64,000 nucleotides of DNA from Minisyncoccota bacterium (GTDB lineage: Bacteria > Patescibacteriota > Minisyncoccia > Phycocordibacterales > UBA1006), in the NCBI GenBank assembly GCA_036405175.1, contig DASWYC010000002.1, positions 321,700 through 385,699 on the forward strand. Direction: 5' to 3'. The notes beneath the pieces are model-generated. The model was not told the DNA's origin and ran no database searches. It saw nothing but the letters and a program-made list of their open reading frames with translations. The first letter of the stretch is position 1. Each line of letters begins with the position of its first letter. The position numbers and the translations under genes are program-made. Below, piece by piece: positions 42,787 to 54,022 of the stretch.

Positions 42787-45252
42787 CTAGATAATCGCAA
42801 TACTTGCCACTCTATCTCCTTCTTTTGCTTTCATTACCCGTACCCCTTGTGTTGCACGTCCGAGTGTTGGGATTTCTTTGAGCGATGTTCTCATTGCCTG
42901 CCCTTTCTTAGACATAGTAAGTACATCATGTTCATCATCAACCACAATTGCAGCCCCAACAACAACACCGGTTTTGTCGGTAACATTTAAGGTTTTAATT
43001 CCTCCTCCACCACGATTTTGTGTCTTGTATTCTTCAAGTGATGATTTCTTTCCATAGCCGTGTTCGGTTAAAATCAACAACTCAGCTTTTTTAAAGTTAT
43101 CTTTTGCAACCACATCAGCACCAATAACAATATCTGCTTTATCAAGATCAATTCCTCTCACTCCTCCTGCAGTACGTCCCATTGCACGAACATCAGATTC
43201 TTTAAAGCGAATTGATTGTCCATCTTGAGATACCAACATGATTTCATCGGTTGGATTAACAATGTGCGCACTTAACAATACCTCATCTTTATCAAGTCCC
43301 ATTGCAGCAATTCCGCTTCTGCGAACATGCGCAAATTGATCAAGCATCATTTTCTTCACCGCACCTTTATTGGTCACACATACTACCGCAGCTTCCTTAA
43401 GCTGACGCGCTTCTTTGGGAACGGTGAGCACAGAGGTCACCCTATCTGTATCAGCAAGTGAGATGTAGTTATTGATTGATTTTCCTTTGGTTGCTTTTGA
43501 AGCTTCTGGAATATCATACATTTTAATTTGATATACCTTTCCTTCTGCGGTAAAGAAGAGCAAATCACTCTTGGTACTTGCAATCGTTACGTGCATCACC
43601 GCGTCTTCTTCTTTAGTCTCAAGATCAGAAACTCCTTGTCCTCCACGGCGTTGTGCACGATATTCTGCAGGATCAGTACGCTTTACGTATCCTCCAGCAG
43701 TTAACAACAACGCAGTATCTTTTTCTGGAATCAAATCTTCATCAGAAATTGCACCGGCAGCACGTGCCATAATTTTTGTTCTGCGTGCATCACCATATGC
43801 TTCTTTAATAGCAGCAAGCTCACCAGAAATAACTGCCAACATTTTCTTGCGTGATGCAAGGAGTGCCTCAAGCTCTCCAATATATTTAAGCACAGCTTTA
43901 AGTTCATCTTCAATTGCCTTGCGCTCAAGACCAGCAAGCTTTTGAAGGCGCATATCCAAAATTGCTTGTGCTTGGATTTCGGTAAACTTAAATTTTTTAA
44001 TCAAGTTAAGTTTTGCTTCTGGAGTATCTTTAGATTTTTTGATGATTTGAATTACCTCATCAATATGATCAAGTGCCTTTTTAAGTCCCTCCAAAATATG
44101 TGCACGAGCTTTTGCTTTTGCAAGATCAAATTCGGTGCGGCGCTTTACCACTTCTTCACGATGAGAAATAAATGTTGAAAGAATGTCACGGAGTGTCAAA
44201 AGCTGAGGAACACCATCAACCAATCCGGTCATATTGTAATTAAATGCTGATTCAAGCTCGGTATGCTTATACAAATAATTCAAAACACGCTGTGGTTCCA
44301 TGCCAGGCTTAATATCAATAACAATACGCGTTTCTTCATCAGATTCATCACGTAAATCTTTAATTCCTTGTATCTTCTTTTCTTGTACGAGTGATGCAAT
44401 CTTTACCACCAAGTTAGCGCGGTTTACACGATATGGAATTGAACTAATAACAATCTGGAATTTACCAGCTTTATCTTCAATAATTTCAGCATCTCCTCTG
44501 CAAACAACTCCACCACGCCCGGTTGAATACGCATGAATAATATCTTTTTTATTAAACGCAACTCCACCAAGTGGAAAATCTGGACCTTTCACATGTTCAA
44601 GAAGGTCCTCATTGGTTGCATCAGGATTATCAATCAGATGCACCGTTGCATCCACTACTTCAGAAAGATTATGAGGAGGAATATTAGTTGCCATTCCTAC
44701 CGCAATTCCTAAACAACCATTCAATAACAAGTTTGGAATAGCAGCCGGCAATACTTTTGGTTCTTTAATAGACCCGTCAAAGTTTGGTACAAAAAGTACC
44801 GTTTCCTTTTCAATATCTCTCAAAAGCTCGTCAGAAAGCTTGGACATTTTTGCCTCGGTATAACGATACGCCGCTGCACTATCTCCATCAAGAGAACCAA
44901 AGTTTCCCTGTCCTAACACCAATGGATAGCGTGAAGAAAATTCCTGCGCCATATTTACCATAGAATCATATACCGATACATCTCCGTGCGGGTGATACTT
45001 TCCGAGCACTTCTCCAACAACGGTTGCAGACTTTCTAAATTTTGCACCCGAGGTAAGTCCAGTGGTTTTCATTGCATACAAAATTCTACGATGTACCGGC
45101 TTAAGACCATCGCGCACATCAGGGAGTGCACGTGAAGTAATCACGGACATTGAATACTCAATGAATGATTTACGCATTTCTTCAGAAATGTTTTGCACGA
45201 GTACTTTTTCGTTTGAAATATCCCATGGTTTTTTATCTTCTTTCTTTGCCAT
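42787..45252 (-). CDS. gyrA: DNA gyrase subunit A
   Basis: active-site region [11 protein letters not shown] with Tyr, six-blade C-terminal beta-pinwheel, 821 aa. Confidence 0.95.
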   Translation of the reverse strand: MAKKEDKKPWDISNEKVLVQNISEEMRKSFIEYSMSVITSRALPDVRDGLKPVHRRILYAMKTTGLTSGAKFRKSATVVGEVLGKYHPHGDVSVYDSMVNMAQEFSSRYPLVLGQGNFGSLDGDSAAAYRYTEAKMSKLSDELLRDIEKETVLFVPNFDGSIKEPKVLPAAIPNLLLNGCLGIAVGMATNIPPHNLSEVVDATVHLIDNPDATNEDLLEHVKGPDFPLGGVAFNKKDIIHAYSTGRGGVVCRGDAEIIEDKAGKFQIVISSIPYRVNRANLVVKIASLVQEKKIQGIKDLRDESDEETRIVIDIKPGMEPQRVLNYLYKHTELESAFNYNMTGLVDGVPQLLTLRDILSTFISHREEVVKRRTEFDLAKAKARAHILEGLKKALDHIDEVIQIIKKSKDTPEAKLNLIKKFKFTEIQAQAILDMRLQKLAGLERKAIEDELKAVLKYIGELEALLASRKKMLAVISGELAAIKEAYGDARRTKIMARAAGAISDEDLIPEKDTALLLTAGGYVKRTDPAEYRAQRRGGQGVSDLETKEEDAVMHVTIASTKSDLLFFTAEGKVYQIKMYDIPEASKATKGKSINNYISLADTDRVTSVLTVPKEARQLKEAAVVCVTNKGAVKKMMLDQFAHVRRSGIAAMGLDKDEVLLSAHIVNPTDEIMLVSQDGQSIRFKESDVRAMGRTAGGVRGIDLDKADIVIGADVVAKDNFKKAELLILTEHGYGKKSSLEEYKTQNRGGGGIKTLNVTDKTGVVVGAAIVVDDEHDVLTMSKKGQAMRTSLKEIPTLGRATQGVRVMKAKEGDRVASIAII

Positions 45253-45253
45253 A

Positions 45254-45700
45254 TTATTGCTGTGATTCAGGAGTTACAGTTGTGTTTGGCTCGACTGGAT
45301 ATGCTTCCGTTTCAGGCGTTGGAGCCGGAAGCTCTTGTTCTGAAGCTGGTGATGATTCATCAAAATATTCATTAGGTGGAACTTCTTCGGAGGTCTTTGT
45401 AGTTGTTTTTGATGTCTTTGACGTTTCGATAGTCTCCTTAACAACATTGCCTGCTTCCTTTCCCACAAAGATAAGTGATTTGATGAGCTCTTGAGCTGGG
45501 CTTTTTGTTTCTACTTTTGACACCTGGTTTTGATTGGCAAGAATTTTATTCGTAAAAACAGAATAAAAATACACCGCTGCAATCAAAAAAGTTGCAGCCC
45601 CAGCCCCAATGTGCACAATGAGCTTGCGATGATCCGGATGCTTTTCACGGAGTCTGTCTAACATTGCTACTATTATACAACTTTCTAGGGCGAATACCAA
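45254..45700 (-). CDS. hypothetical membrane protein with Thr/Ser/Pro/Glu-rich extracytoplasmic tail
   Basis: single TM then low-complexity [14 protein letters not shown]...; stop abuts gyrA start. Confidence 0.4.
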   Translation of the reverse strand: MVFALESCIIVAMLDRLREKHPDHRKLIVHIGAGAATFLIAAVYFYSVFTNKILANQNQVSKVETKSPAQELIKSLIFVGKEAGNVVKETIETSKTSKTTTKTSEEVPPNEYFDESSPASEQELPAPTPETEAYPVEPNTTVTPESQQ

Positions 45701-45753
45701 GCCTCTTGTCTCCTCATTTCATCAAAAAAGAGCCCTATTCTGGACTCTTTTTT

Positions 45754-46377
45754 CTACATCTCCAACAACACCACCTCTGCTTCTTTTCCTTCAATATCTT
45801 TGCGCTTTACCGTGAGCTTCTCGAGCGGTGAAACGTCTTTAGCTCCTGCTTCTTTCAAAAAAAGCGTCATGTCTTCTTTTTCAAACATTCCTACGGGGAT
45901 AATGATATTTGGTGAAAGCGAGTGTGCAAATTTATACACATCGTGAGAATTCATTCCCCCTGGTTCGCCCAATGAAACAATAGCAATATTAGTGGTATCA
46001 ATTTCTTCGCGTGCTTCAACAGAAATACTCTCGAGTGATTCAAGCGAACCACTTATCACCACATTCATATCATCCAACTTAAGGAAGTAAATAATATTTG
46101 AATAGCCGCTTTGATCAGTTACATTAGTTTGAAATCCACGTACCCACAAATTTCCCACCTCATATTCTCCTGCAGCATCAATCACAAATGGCTCACTACC
46201 GCCATAAGTCACCGTATCAACTCCATGCACTGATGGATGAAATGATGAGCACAACACTACATCTGCCTTAAAGCGAGAAGCTTTTGGATCGGTTGCGAGT
46301 ATCGGCGGATTAACCGCAACGGTAAAATCTCCAACCTGTAATTTAACAAAGTGTTTTCCAAGGGCGGTGATAATCAT
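45754..46377 (-). CDS. putative MBL-fold metal-dependent hydrolase (UPF0173-like)
   Basis: overall pattern of short beta-lactamase-fold hydrolases (MIITALGKHFVKLQ...VVLCSSFHPSVHG...); canonical HxHxDH not obvious. Confidence 0.45.
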   Translation of the reverse strand: MIITALGKHFVKLQVGDFTVAVNPPILATDPKASRFKADVVLCSSFHPSVHGVDTVTYGGSEPFVIDAAGEYEVGNLWVRGFQTNVTDQSGYSNIIYFLKLDDMNVVISGSLESLESISVEAREEIDTTNIAIVSLGEPGGMNSHDVYKFAHSLSPNIIIPVGMFEKEDMTLFLKEAGAKDVSPLEKLTVKRKDIEGKEAEVVLLEM

Positions 46378-46417
46378 TGATAGAATTATACCTGAAATAA
46401 AAAAATCCTCAAAATCA

Positions 46418-46684
46418 TTACGGTTCTGAGGCTTCTTTTAAAATTTCGTCGTCTTGCTTTTTAAGCTCTGCATCAAGTTCAGCGATATCCTTGTCCAATT
46501 GTTCAGACCATACTCTCCAGTACTCGTTAGGATTCGCCACCTTAAGACTATCCATTTTTCTTTTCTCACGTATACGTGCAGCCTGCCTTTGCATAGAGGC
46601 CTTGTGCCGTTTATTAAGAATGATAATACAATACACTTCTACGCCTATCACAATTAATAAGCATACAAATAAGATCTTTTTCAT
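46418..46684 (-). CDS. small bitopic protein with coiled-coil (septum-formation-initiator-like architecture)
   Basis: 88 aa: TM then charged coiled-coil. Confidence 0.4.
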   Translation of the reverse strand: MKKILFVCLLIVIGVEVYCIIILNKRHKASMQRQAARIREKRKMDSLKVANPNEYWRVWSEQLDKDIAELDAELKKQDDEILKEASEP

Positions 46685-46923
46685 GATGAATATATAAGCT
46701 TGAATTTTAAGGAATGATTTTACATATATATTATATCATATTATAAATAGTATGTCAATAATACCCATAAATCCTCAAATATGGTACAGTTTGTGGGCTG
46801 GAAACAGCTTTATTTTATTAGTTCACACCACTGGGTTAACCTCACTTTTCTACCCTTAAAAGTAGTTAATTAAGCCCCTTTGGGACTATTTACAAATAGT
46901 CATGTGCTCACATAAACCTATAT

Positions 46924-48006
46924 ATGCGAATTGACAAAGAACTTCAGGATTCAGAGATCATGAGAAATTTGATCACTCCTGATAACACTCGCGATATTCA
47001 AACTGATGACATTGTTGAAGGAAACGTTGTTGCCATTAAGGATAACTGCGTGTACATCGACATTGCACCATTTGGAACCGGAATCATTTTCGGTCGCGAA
47101 TACCTTCAGGCTAAGGAACTCATCAAGAACCTTAACATTGGAGACATTATCCGTGGAAAGATTGTTGAGCGTGAAAACGAAGATGGATACATCGAACTTT
47201 CACTTAAAGAAGCTCGCCAAGCACTTACCTGGCACGAGGCTGATCGCCTTATGCACAGCAAGACTCTTATTGACCTTCCCATCAAGGAAGCAAACAAAGG
47301 AGGACTTATTCTTGAATGGCAGGGTCTTCAGGGATTCCTTCCTTCATCACAGCTTCGTGCTGACCACTACCCTCGCGTAGATGATGGAAACAAGGAAGAA
47401 ATCTTCAAGGAGCTCAAGAAGCTTGTTGGACAAACTATTTCTGTTGCGATCATCGGCATCAATCCTAAAGAAGGTAAATTGATCTTCTCAGAAAAGGGTG
47501 GCGAAGTATCACAAAAGAAAGAAATGATTACCAAGTACGCACCTGGCGATGAAATCGAAGGAGTTGTTACCGGAGCGGTAGACTTTGGAGTATTCGTTCA
47601 GATTGAAGAAGGTCTTGAAGGACTCGTGCACATTTCAGAACTCGACTGGGGACTTGTTGAAGATCCTCGTAAGATGTTCCGCGCAGGAGACAAGATCAAG
47701 GCTAAAGTTATTGGTGTTTCTGATGAGAAAATTTCACTCTCAATCAAAGCACTCAAGCAAAACCCTTGGAAAGCTGCGGCTGACAAATACAAGAAGGGTG
47801 ATGTTGTTGAAGGAGTTGTTATTAAATACAACAAGCACGGCGCACTCGTAGCGATTGAAGAAGGAGTTTCTGGACTCATTCACGTTTCTGAATTTGCTTC
47901 AGAAGCTGAACTTAAACAGAAGCTTGAACTTGGAAAGAGTTATTCATTCTCAATTACCCTCTTTGAACCAAAGGATCAAAGAATGACATTGGTGATTAAG
48001 CAGTAA
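46924..48006 (+). CDS. rpsA: 30S ribosomal protein S1 (four S1 domains)
   Basis: repeated S1 OB-fold signatures (GxV....FGxFV...GLxH.SE). Confidence 0.85.
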   Translation: MRIDKELQDSEIMRNLITPDNTRDIQTDDIVEGNVVAIKDNCVYIDIAPFGTGIIFGREYLQAKELIKNLNIGDIIRGKIVERENEDGYIELSLKEARQALTWHEADRLMHSKTLIDLPIKEANKGGLILEWQGLQGFLPSSQLRADHYPRVDDGNKEEIFKELKKLVGQTISVAIIGINPKEGKLIFSEKGGEVSQKKEMITKYAPGDEIEGVVTGAVDFGVFVQIEEGLEGLVHISELDWGLVEDPRKMFRAGDKIKAKVIGVSDEKISLSIKALKQNPWKAAADKYKKGDVVEGVVIKYNKHGALVAIEEGVSGLIHVSEFASEAELKQKLELGKSYSFSITLFEPKDQRMTLVIKQ

Positions 48007-48019
48007 TTGCATAAAAGAA

Positions 48020-48049
48020 AAAAGCCGCTTCTTAATTGAAGCGGCTTTT
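48020..48049. terminator. bidirectional terminator after rpsA
   Basis: aaaagccgcttc-ttaatt-gaagcggctttt. Confidence 0.6.
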
Positions 48050-48073
48050 CTTTTAGATTAATTTCTATTTTGT

Positions 48074-48646
48074 TTATTCAAAAGAGATTCCTTGGGTTTT
48101 CCAAATGATTTTCTCTCCCCTCAGTGTGGATACTTTCGTAATATCCAGCTTCCCATTGGGCAGGGCTTTTGCGGTTATTTCAATGTTGTTTATTTGGGAT
48201 TTACCCAACTCTCTTAAACGATTTTTAAACCGATCAATATCATTAATACCATTTAAGGGTCCGTCATGATTATTTAATACCTCTTCCATATTTGTAACCC
48301 TTAAGACATAAGAGACCTTCTTCCCCTTATAGTTGAAGGTAATTTCACAACTACCAATTTGATCATAGTTAGGCTTGCTGGCTGCCTGAAAAGAGTATTC
48401 TCCAAATGCAACTTTTTCAGGGTACAAAATAACGATACTGTCGCAGACTTTCTGTTCCACACTATCTAAAACGAACCTTTTTACCTCTTTAGCAATTGCC
48501 AAAGAGTCTGACTTTGATGCTTCATTGTAAGATGTACCTAAAAAATAAGGCAGTACAACAAATAATCCGAAAACTATTACGAGAATAATCGCGAACGGTT
48601 TCCAAAAGTTTTTTGAATCGGACTGACGTTGATTTTTGATTTCCAT
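48074..48646 (-). CDS. hypothetical membrane-anchored secreted protein
   Basis: 190 aa, N-terminal TM, no recognisable motif. Confidence 0.5.
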   Translation of the reverse strand: MEIKNQRQSDSKNFWKPFAIILVIVFGLFVVLPYFLGTSYNEASKSDSLAIAKEVKRFVLDSVEQKVCDSIVILYPEKVAFGEYSFQAASKPNYDQIGSCEITFNYKGKKVSYVLRVTNMEEVLNNHDGPLNGINDIDRFKNRLRELGKSQINNIEITAKALPNGKLDITKVSTLRGEKIIWKTQGISFE

Positions 48647-48815
48647 TTTGACTTGGTTTTGATTAAATGAATTATTTTTTAAATTTTAAATATTATAATA
48701 ACCCATCTATTTAAGTTTGTCAACTACTCCCCCTGCCGAGAAAGGGCACTCGATTTCTCACACTCAAGAAGATATTCAATAACGATTAAGTTTTATTGTT
48801 ATACTAGTATCAATC

Positions 48816-50864
48816 ATGGAAAAGCACCCTCTCCACTTGAAAGCCCCTGAATTCCAAGCCTCTCCTGAAGTAACTAAGGCAGTGGAATCAAAAGAACGCG
48901 CAGCACGAGTATTAAATGAAAAACTTACGGAAGCTGAACACGAAGGACCTTTATTAAAAGAAAAAGTTGCAGCTGATCCCACCAGACGTATTGAGGCATA
49001 TATGGATCGTCTTGAAAATATTTTTCTTAACCCCGATGAACGAGTGCGCAAACGCAATCTCAAGTTACTAAAGAGCGCAATCTACGATGCACTCATAATC
49101 AAAAGAGAGAATTTCTCAGAAAGCTATTTTGAATTTGAAAAAAAGCTTCTATGTGAGCGTGGAGAATACATAGAAGAACTTTCTGAAGACAAAAAGGAAG
49201 AGCTCATGAATACGGCAATTCTCAATCAGGAAGAGTCTTTGGACGAATGGATGAACTTCCTCACATCAGAAGAGAACACCTACCCTACATGGTTTAAGTA
49301 TTATACATGGACTCAAATTATTAAACTTTCCCAGCTCGATAAAGAGCGCGGTCAATATAAAAATAGAACAGAATCCACAGTGGCACCCTTTCCAGATATT
49401 TACAACGAACCTCTTGCAGAAATTGCTGACTTATACGAAAAATATCCGGAAATACTTAAAGAAGTCCAGTCAAAGGATGAACAACTTCGCTCAGAAAAAA
49501 ATACCTTAAAAAAATCACTCAGCAGTGCAAGCAGCAAAGAAGAGAAAGCGCTAATTAAGGAAGCAATTTCTGAAATAACCCAAAAGATAGAAGAAGTTTC
49601 TGAACCTACGCGAGTATTTGATACAAAATTTTCAACCTTATATGCACAAAAGGCACTGAACTCACTAGTGAATTCAATAGAAAATGCCCAAGAAACTGCG
49701 GGTACTTGGGTGAAATATAATCAGGGTGATATGGAAGCCCTTGAAGAGCTTTTTAATTCAGTTAAAGGAAAAGGTACCGGATGGTGCACCACAGGAAGAG
49801 CAACAGCACGGCAACAACTTGAGAATGGTGATTTTTATGTTTTCTACAGCAATGACTCGTCTAACCAGCCTACACAACCTCGTCTTGCCATCCTGATGTT
49901 AGGTGATCAAATTAAGGAGGTTCGAGGTATTTTACCTAATCAAGCTGTTGAAACACCAATGCAAGAAATCCTAGACGACAAGCTTAAAGAATTTGGTCCG
50001 AAAGCCGAGCAATATAGCAAGAAAAGTCACGACATGCGATTACTCAAAAGCTTATCTGAAAAGCAAGATGCGGGCAAGGATTTTACAAAAGATGAACTAG
50101 TGTTTTTATATGAACTTCATAGACCTATTGAAAGCTTTGCGGGAGCAAGAGATCTTAGAATTGAGGAACTCCAGAAGCGTCGAAATATCGATGATGACAT
50201 CAAAAAACTTTTTGAATGTGAACCAGAACAAATCGCACGATCTTCAAAGGATATTACGGATACTACAAAAGTTTATATTGGAGCTTTAGATACTGATATT
50301 TTTACAAAATTCCCAAAAAATCTTGAACATATCTATTCATCATTTCCTGATGGAAGAATTCACATAACAACCATTAATCCTGAGCAAAGAACTGTTGGAG
50401 AGCTTACTTCCAAAGTGGAAGAAAATAACATAAAGATTTCTCCCTTGGCTTCAAGTATGTTTATGAATAAAAAAGAATTTATACCTGGTAAATATATGGA
50501 AAGCGTATCTTTGGTGCAAATTACCGCGAGCGATTTAGGGTTTACTAAAGGTGCAACTTTTAAGAAAATAATAGAGAAAGCCCAGAAACTTGGACTGGAA
50601 CTTTGTTCTCACGACATAGCACTTCAGCTTGCACTAAATGGTGAATCAAAGACGGTAAAAAGTGAAATCTCTATTGGTATGAATCCAATTTCAGATTCCA
50701 CAGGACATAAGTCTATCTTTGATCTTGCCGTCGATGACCTTGGTATATCTGTAAGTAATTCTTGGACAGATAAAAATACGGCTATTGGGCCTAATCAGAC
50801 TTTCCTGTTTTGCAAAAGAGAGTCTTCCGCAAAAAAGCCACGACGCTTTTGGTTTTTCTCTTAA
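48816..50864 (+). CDS. large hypothetical soluble protein (682 aa), charged/coiled-coil N-half
   Basis: intact ORF, no TM, no recognisable catalytic motif. Confidence 0.5.
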   Translation: MEKHPLHLKAPEFQASPEVTKAVESKERAARVLNEKLTEAEHEGPLLKEKVAADPTRRIEAYMDRLENIFLNPDERVRKRNLKLLKSAIYDALIIKRENFSESYFEFEKKLLCERGEYIEELSEDKKEELMNTAILNQEESLDEWMNFLTSEENTYPTWFKYYTWTQIIKLSQLDKERGQYKNRTESTVAPFPDIYNEPLAEIADLYEKYPEILKEVQSKDEQLRSEKNTLKKSLSSASSKEEKALIKEAISEITQKIEEVSEPTRVFDTKFSTLYAQKALNSLVNSIENAQETAGTWVKYNQGDMEALEELFNSVKGKGTGWCTTGRATARQQLENGDFYVFYSNDSSNQPTQPRLAILMLGDQIKEVRGILPNQAVETPMQEILDDKLKEFGPKAEQYSKKSHDMRLLKSLSEKQDAGKDFTKDELVFLYELHRPIESFAGARDLRIEELQKRRNIDDDIKKLFECEPEQIARSSKDITDTTKVYIGALDTDIFTKFPKNLEHIYSSFPDGRIHITTINPEQRTVGELTSKVEENNIKISPLASSMFMNKKEFIPGKYMESVSLVQITASDLGFTKGATFKKIIEKAQKLGLELCSHDIALQLALNGESKTVKSEISIGMNPISDSTGHKSIFDLAVDDLGISVSNSWTDKNTAIGPNQTFLFCKRESSAKKPRRFWFFS

Positions 50865-51240
50865 TAATTTCTTATACTCATCAAACGGACTTAAGTGAAC
50901 CAAGTTGTTCTTATTGAGAATTTATGCAACAAAAAAATCCACTTCTTAATTGAAATGGATTCCTTACTAATGAATAAGTACTGAATAAATACTTACCTCG
51001 CACAATGATAAATAGATCTTACTATCCATCTTCCAAACTCATACCCAAGAACATATCCAAGTAGTGTAAGTATGTCACCCAAGGTAACAGATATCTCAAA
51101 TTGGCGAGCTACTCTTAGTGCAAGAAATAGCGCAATTGATACAACGCTGATTATTACTAATGATTTTCTTTTCATTGTAGATAGAGTGTTTGTTTTAAAT
51201 GAATTTAATATATTATATCATATCGAATTAATATTGTCAA

Positions 51241-51792
51241 CTATTTGCCTTGCCGAGAAAGTGCGCCGTCTTTTCCGTATTTTAAAAGATTTTTTATATA
51301 GTTAAACGCGGTTTGTGTTGCCTTTTCAAGCGTTTTCAACTCATCATCAGAAAACTTTCCCAATACATGATCCGCCATAGCTGCTCCCGAGACGCGTTCA
51401 ATACCAATACGGAGTCGTCCAAAATCCTGCGTACCTAATGCATTTGCAATCGAGGTAATTCCATTATGCCCTGCTGCCCCACGATTAAATTGCAATTTCA
51501 CCTCACCCAAAGAAACATCCTGATCATCATGAATTACCACCAATTGTTCTGGCTTAAATTTAAGATTCTTCTGTGCCTTTTTAACATACTCACCAGAAAG
51601 ATTCATGAATGAGGCTGAGAACATAAAGCAGCAATGTTTGCCGTCGATCATAACGTTATACATATAATTACCAATTTCTTCTGCGTCACATTCCGACATA
51701 TTCATAATCTTTTTAAGCACAAAAGCCCCCACGTTGTGTCGTGTGAGCTCATACTCTTTTCCTGGATTTGCAAGAGCAACAAAGTACCACAT
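51241..51792 (-). CDS. pth: peptidyl-tRNA hydrolase
   Basis: VALANPGKEYELTRHNVG N-terminal signature with catalytic His. Confidence 0.85.
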   Translation of the reverse strand: MWYFVALANPGKEYELTRHNVGAFVLKKIMNMSECDAEEIGNYMYNVMIDGKHCCFMFSASFMNLSGEYVKKAQKNLKFKPEQLVVIHDDQDVSLGEVKLQFNRGAAGHNGITSIANALGTQDFGRLRIGIERVSGAAMADHVLGKFSDDELKTLEKATQTAFNYIKNLLKYGKDGALSRQGK

Positions 51793-51796
51793 AGGT

Positions 51797-53026
51797 TTAT
51801 TGTGCTACTTCTGTAGTTGTTGACTGTTCGGTGATACTAATCATTACACCTTTGACTCCTGTTCCAACGCGGTCTTCGTCAAAGATAGTACGATTGAGTC
51901 CAATGTATACATCTTTGCGTTCTTTGAGTGGAGTTTCAAATACAAAAAGATTTTTATCTTTTACCATCACTGGTTTATCATTCTTAGTGATGAGTTCAAA
52001 TGTTCCTTGAGAAATTTTCATTTCTGCATCTTGGATTGAGTTTGAAATATCACGTGCAAAGAGGGTCTTTGCTCCAGTTATGATTTTGTTATCATTATCT
52101 CCCTTAAATACGCCAAGGATTCCATCGATAATTTGAAATTCTGCGTTGTATGGGTCTTGAGCAGATCCTCCTCCCCATCCATCATTAAATTTACTATTCC
52201 CAACGTTCAACATCCACTTTGAAGCTTTTCCTTCAATAATTGGCTTAATAGAGATTACCGAATTTGCGGTCAGATTTTTTGCAAAGATGCGTACAACTGC
52301 TTTCTTATTTTGAACTTTTCCAACGTATTCAAGGAATGCTCCGTCAGTATCACATTCAATAATTGCATCAACGGCAGATACAAAACAGGTACGAACAACT
52401 GGCTGAGTAGCTTCTGGTTCTACACTGTCTCCGCTAACCACTTGCTGAGCTGCAATTTGAGTATCGGCAGTCATCATACGAGCTTCTGGAGCTCCAACTG
52501 AGGGCGTAGTTGCAAGATTTGCAGCTACCGGCGCAACGGTAAGATTTGCAGTAGGGGTTGTGGTTACATTTTGAACAACTGGCGCAGTAGTTGTAGCGGT
52601 CTTGAGTGATGCATCTGCAGACTTTTTCTTTTCTCCATTATCAAAGACAAGTTCAGCTGATGAAATTTCATCAAGAGCAACAAGTGTTGCTTGATCTACA
52701 ATACCGTTTGTTGGAAGGTTGTGGGTCTTCTTGAATGTATTAATAGTGGTGGTGGTTTTAGGTCCAAAGATACCAGTATTAAGCCCGGTATAGAGTTTCA
52801 TATCGGTCAGGATATTTTGAAGATTGTAGACATCCTTTCCATACATTCCTTGTTTAAGGATACGATTAAAGGTGTATATTTCTACTTTCTTTTCTTCAGT
52901 CTTAGTGGCTGAAGTTGAGGTTTTTTCCTGTGCAAACGACACGCTTGGGGCGATCAAAGCGATCCCCATCAACAGCATAGGAATAAGGGTTTTTTGTGAA
53001 TTCATATTACAGCGATATTGTACCAT
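51797..53026 (-). CDS. secreted protein with peptidoglycan-binding (PG_binding_1-like) domain
   Basis: signal peptide; LKQGMYGKDVYNLQNILTDMKLY...TGIFGPKTTTTINTFKKTHNLPTNGIVDQATLVAL; Thr/Ala/Val-rich linker; about 200-aa C-terminal domain of unknown function. Confidence 0.6.
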   Translation of the reverse strand: MVQYRCNMNSQKTLIPMLLMGIALIAPSVSFAQEKTSTSATKTEEKKVEIYTFNRILKQGMYGKDVYNLQNILTDMKLYTGLNTGIFGPKTTTTINTFKKTHNLPTNGIVDQATLVALDEISSAELVFDNGEKKKSADASLKTATTTAPVVQNVTTTPTANLTVAPVAANLATTPSVGAPEARMMTADTQIAAQQVVSGDSVEPEATQPVVRTCFVSAVDAIIECDTDGAFLEYVGKVQNKKAVVRIFAKNLTANSVISIKPIIEGKASKWMLNVGNSKFNDGWGGGSAQDPYNAEFQIIDGILGVFKGDNDNKIITGAKTLFARDISNSIQDAEMKISQGTFELITKNDKPVMVKDKNLFVFETPLKERKDVYIGLNRTIFDEDRVGTGVKGVMISITEQSTTTEVAQ

Positions 53027-53083
53027 AGTTTCCTGACATCGTCATTACTAGATATGACGGATTTGGTTGTGAATTATTACAAT

Positions 53084-53108
53084 AAGCCCCGGCCTTCGGC
53101 CGGGGCTT
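53084..53108 (-). terminator. secF terminator (GC-rich hairpin aagccccggcc-ttcg-ggccggggctt)
   Basis: perfect GC-rich stem with tetraloop and T-rich tail on minus strand. Confidence 0.6.
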
Positions 53109-53121
53109 ATTTTCATGATTA

Positions 53122-54018
53122 CTATTTCTTTTTACTAAATCTTTCTGAAAGCATTACCAAGGCTGGTGATGCAAAGAAGATTGATGAGTAGGTTCCGGCA
53201 ATCATTCCAATCAAGAGTACCTCTGCAAGACTCATGGTTGATTCTGGTCCAACTACCACCAATGAGATCAATACAGCAATAACCGCCAATGAGGTTGCCA
53301 GTGAACGGACCACAGTCTGTGATAATGATCGCCCAACGATTCCCTGGAAGTTAGTATCAGCTTCATTTTGATTAGCACGAGAAAGATTTTCACGAATACG
53401 GTCGAATACCACAATTGAGTCGTTTACTGAAAGTCCAACAACTGAAAGGAGCCCAACCACAAAGAGGGTATCAACTTCTTTACCAAAGAAGGCAAAGATA
53501 GCTGCTGGAATCACTACGTCGTGAACAATCGCAAGCACAATAGCAAGTCCATAGTACCATGATGAAACGGTTCCCTGAACTTTTCTAAATGAGTATGCAA
53601 TGTAGCAAACAATAAATGCTGAAACTAGGATGAGCGCAATAATTGACTTGGTCTTAAGTTCTTTACTTACCGATGGACTAATCGTATCAAATCGCTCAAC
53701 AGTTGGTGCTTGTTCGCCAATCGTAAATTCATCCAAGAATGCGGTGCGATTCTCTTCTGAAATTTCTGTACTACGCACTAATACCTTATTGGTTCCAAGT
53801 GCTTGTACTTTTGCTCCTTCAAATCCATTAGCGGCAAGTTGCTCGCCAAGCGTAATCGTATCAATCTTAGTTCCTTCTGGATATGAAAGTTCTGCTACGG
53901 TTCCTCCCTGAAAATCAATACCAAGTTTGAATCCTTTAATAAAGATAATAGCAAGTGAAGCAACCACAAGAAGGATTGAGAATCCAACAAACCATTTTTT
54001 ATGCTTAATTACGAACAT
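53122..54018 (-). CDS. secF: protein translocase subunit SecF
   Basis: 6-TM SecF topology and conserved periplasmic domain (GIDFQGGT). Confidence 0.9.
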   Translation of the reverse strand: MFVIKHKKWFVGFSILLVVASLAIIFIKGFKLGIDFQGGTVAELSYPEGTKIDTITLGEQLAANGFEGAKVQALGTNKVLVRSTEISEENRTAFLDEFTIGEQAPTVERFDTISPSVSKELKTKSIIALILVSAFIVCYIAYSFRKVQGTVSSWYYGLAIVLAIVHDVVIPAAIFAFFGKEVDTLFVVGLLSVVGLSVNDSIVVFDRIRENLSRANQNEADTNFQGIVGRSLSQTVVRSLATSLAVIAVLISLVVVGPESTMSLAEVLLIGMIAGTYSSIFFASPALVMLSERFSKKK

Positions 54019-54022
54019 ACAA

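Noticed and set aside
50993-51175. 60-aa minus-strand ORF (MKRKSLVIISVVSIALFLAL...)
   Set aside because: A possible small membrane protein. It sits in an AT-rich spacer with no clear promoter or terminator context and is too short to support with confidence.
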